DNA of 64,000 nucleotides. It comes from Isurus oxyrinchus. Its lineage: Eukaryota. Of the stretch, positions 63,490 through 64,000 are shown in pieces. The stretch covers positions 121,024,001 through 121,088,000 of the forward strand of contig JANJGN010000010.1 of NCBI GenBank assembly GCA_026770705.1, written 5' to 3'. Numbering within the stretch: position 1 is the first letter of the stretch; the number at the start of each line of letters is the position of its first letter. The position numbers were made by a program, and so were the translations under genes. Below the pieces are notes generated by a model, which was not told where the DNA came from, made no database searches, and saw only the letters and a program-made list of their open reading frames with translations.

Positions 63490-63805
63490 GGGCCTAAATT
63501 ATACAGGGCTAAAAGAGTCTGGAGGGGGAGGGGGAATCCGCCCAGGCAAAGAACAGCTGCCCTGTAGCCATTTAAGGACCAATTGGCTGGAGATGGTATT
63601 TCTACCCCTTGGACAGGAAATCCCACCTCAGAGAGCCGCTGGCCAATCAGAGGCTGGCAAGCTCTTGATGTACCGGTAGTGCCAGTTAAGGAATCTGGCA
63701 GGTTGAAAAAGAAAACAGAAATATGCTGGAAATGTACAGTGGTCAGTCAGCCTCGGAAAGAGAGGTTGAATTTTCAGGACGTGGGTGAAGAAACCCTTCA
63801 GAACT
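63490..63805. mobile_element. MITE left-end fragment followed by a Penelope pLTR remnant
   Basis: GGGCCTAAATT start and gctggccaatcagaggc interior; then aaaacagaaatatgctggaaat...acccttcagaact (pLTR, minus strand). Confidence 0.5.
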
Positions 63806-64000
63806 ACACAGATATATACTTGAAATGACAGGACAGTTGTAAAAATAAACTGTTAATTGGGATAGCAAAAAATTATACTGTCATGTGACAGTTAAGGCTA
63901 ACTGGGCTGGAGCTATGTAACGGAACACCATGAAGGTGAAACATTAACCTGTCTTGTTGTAGATACCAACTCCTGTGGTGTATATTTGCAGCATTTTCCA

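Larger units (their letters stand above)
22463..64000 (+). other. AUTS2: AUTS2 intron 4, 5' portion; next exon (CDSDSDQEEK-type) not seen in window
   Basis: GT donor at 22463. No exon-5-like coding sequence was recognised downstream by eye, which fits the very long intron 4 known in other vertebrates. Confidence 0.75.

Noticed and set aside
1-64000. The many 60-165 aa ORFs in the supplied track as genes
   Set aside because: Short, overlapping, many with non-ATG starts and no recognisable domains except TE remnants; expected by chance in vertebrate intron DNA.

Overview
Eukaryotic, AT-rich, mostly intronic vertebrate DNA. The repeat content (Deu-domain/SacSINE1-like SINEs, CR1 and L2 LINEs, Penelope-like elements, Harbinger transposons) points to a cartilaginous fish, probably a shark; this is inference. 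The window lies inside the AUTS2 gene on the + strand. It holds two short phase-0 coding exons: 3651-3752 (LKPSQHSCRDSDSESISSDSKASNRSCSHERLSD, equivalent to human exon 3) and 22427-22462 (SSAHSSLGTGYF, equivalent to exon 4). An 18.7 kb intron separates them, and more than 41 kb of the next intron follows. Nearly all ORFs in the supplied track are spurious or transposon remnants. The remainder is TE debris plus several TE-free, motif-rich blocks that are candidate conserved enhancers. The most unusual structure is a recent, TSD-flanked Penelope pseudo-LTR fold-back with perfect 88-bp arms and a minimal hammerhead-like motif, 230 nt upstream of exon 3. Its left arm can alternatively pair with a second Penelope pLTR on the far side of exon 3. 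No CRISPR, rRNA, bona fide tRNA or intact novel protein-coding system was found.
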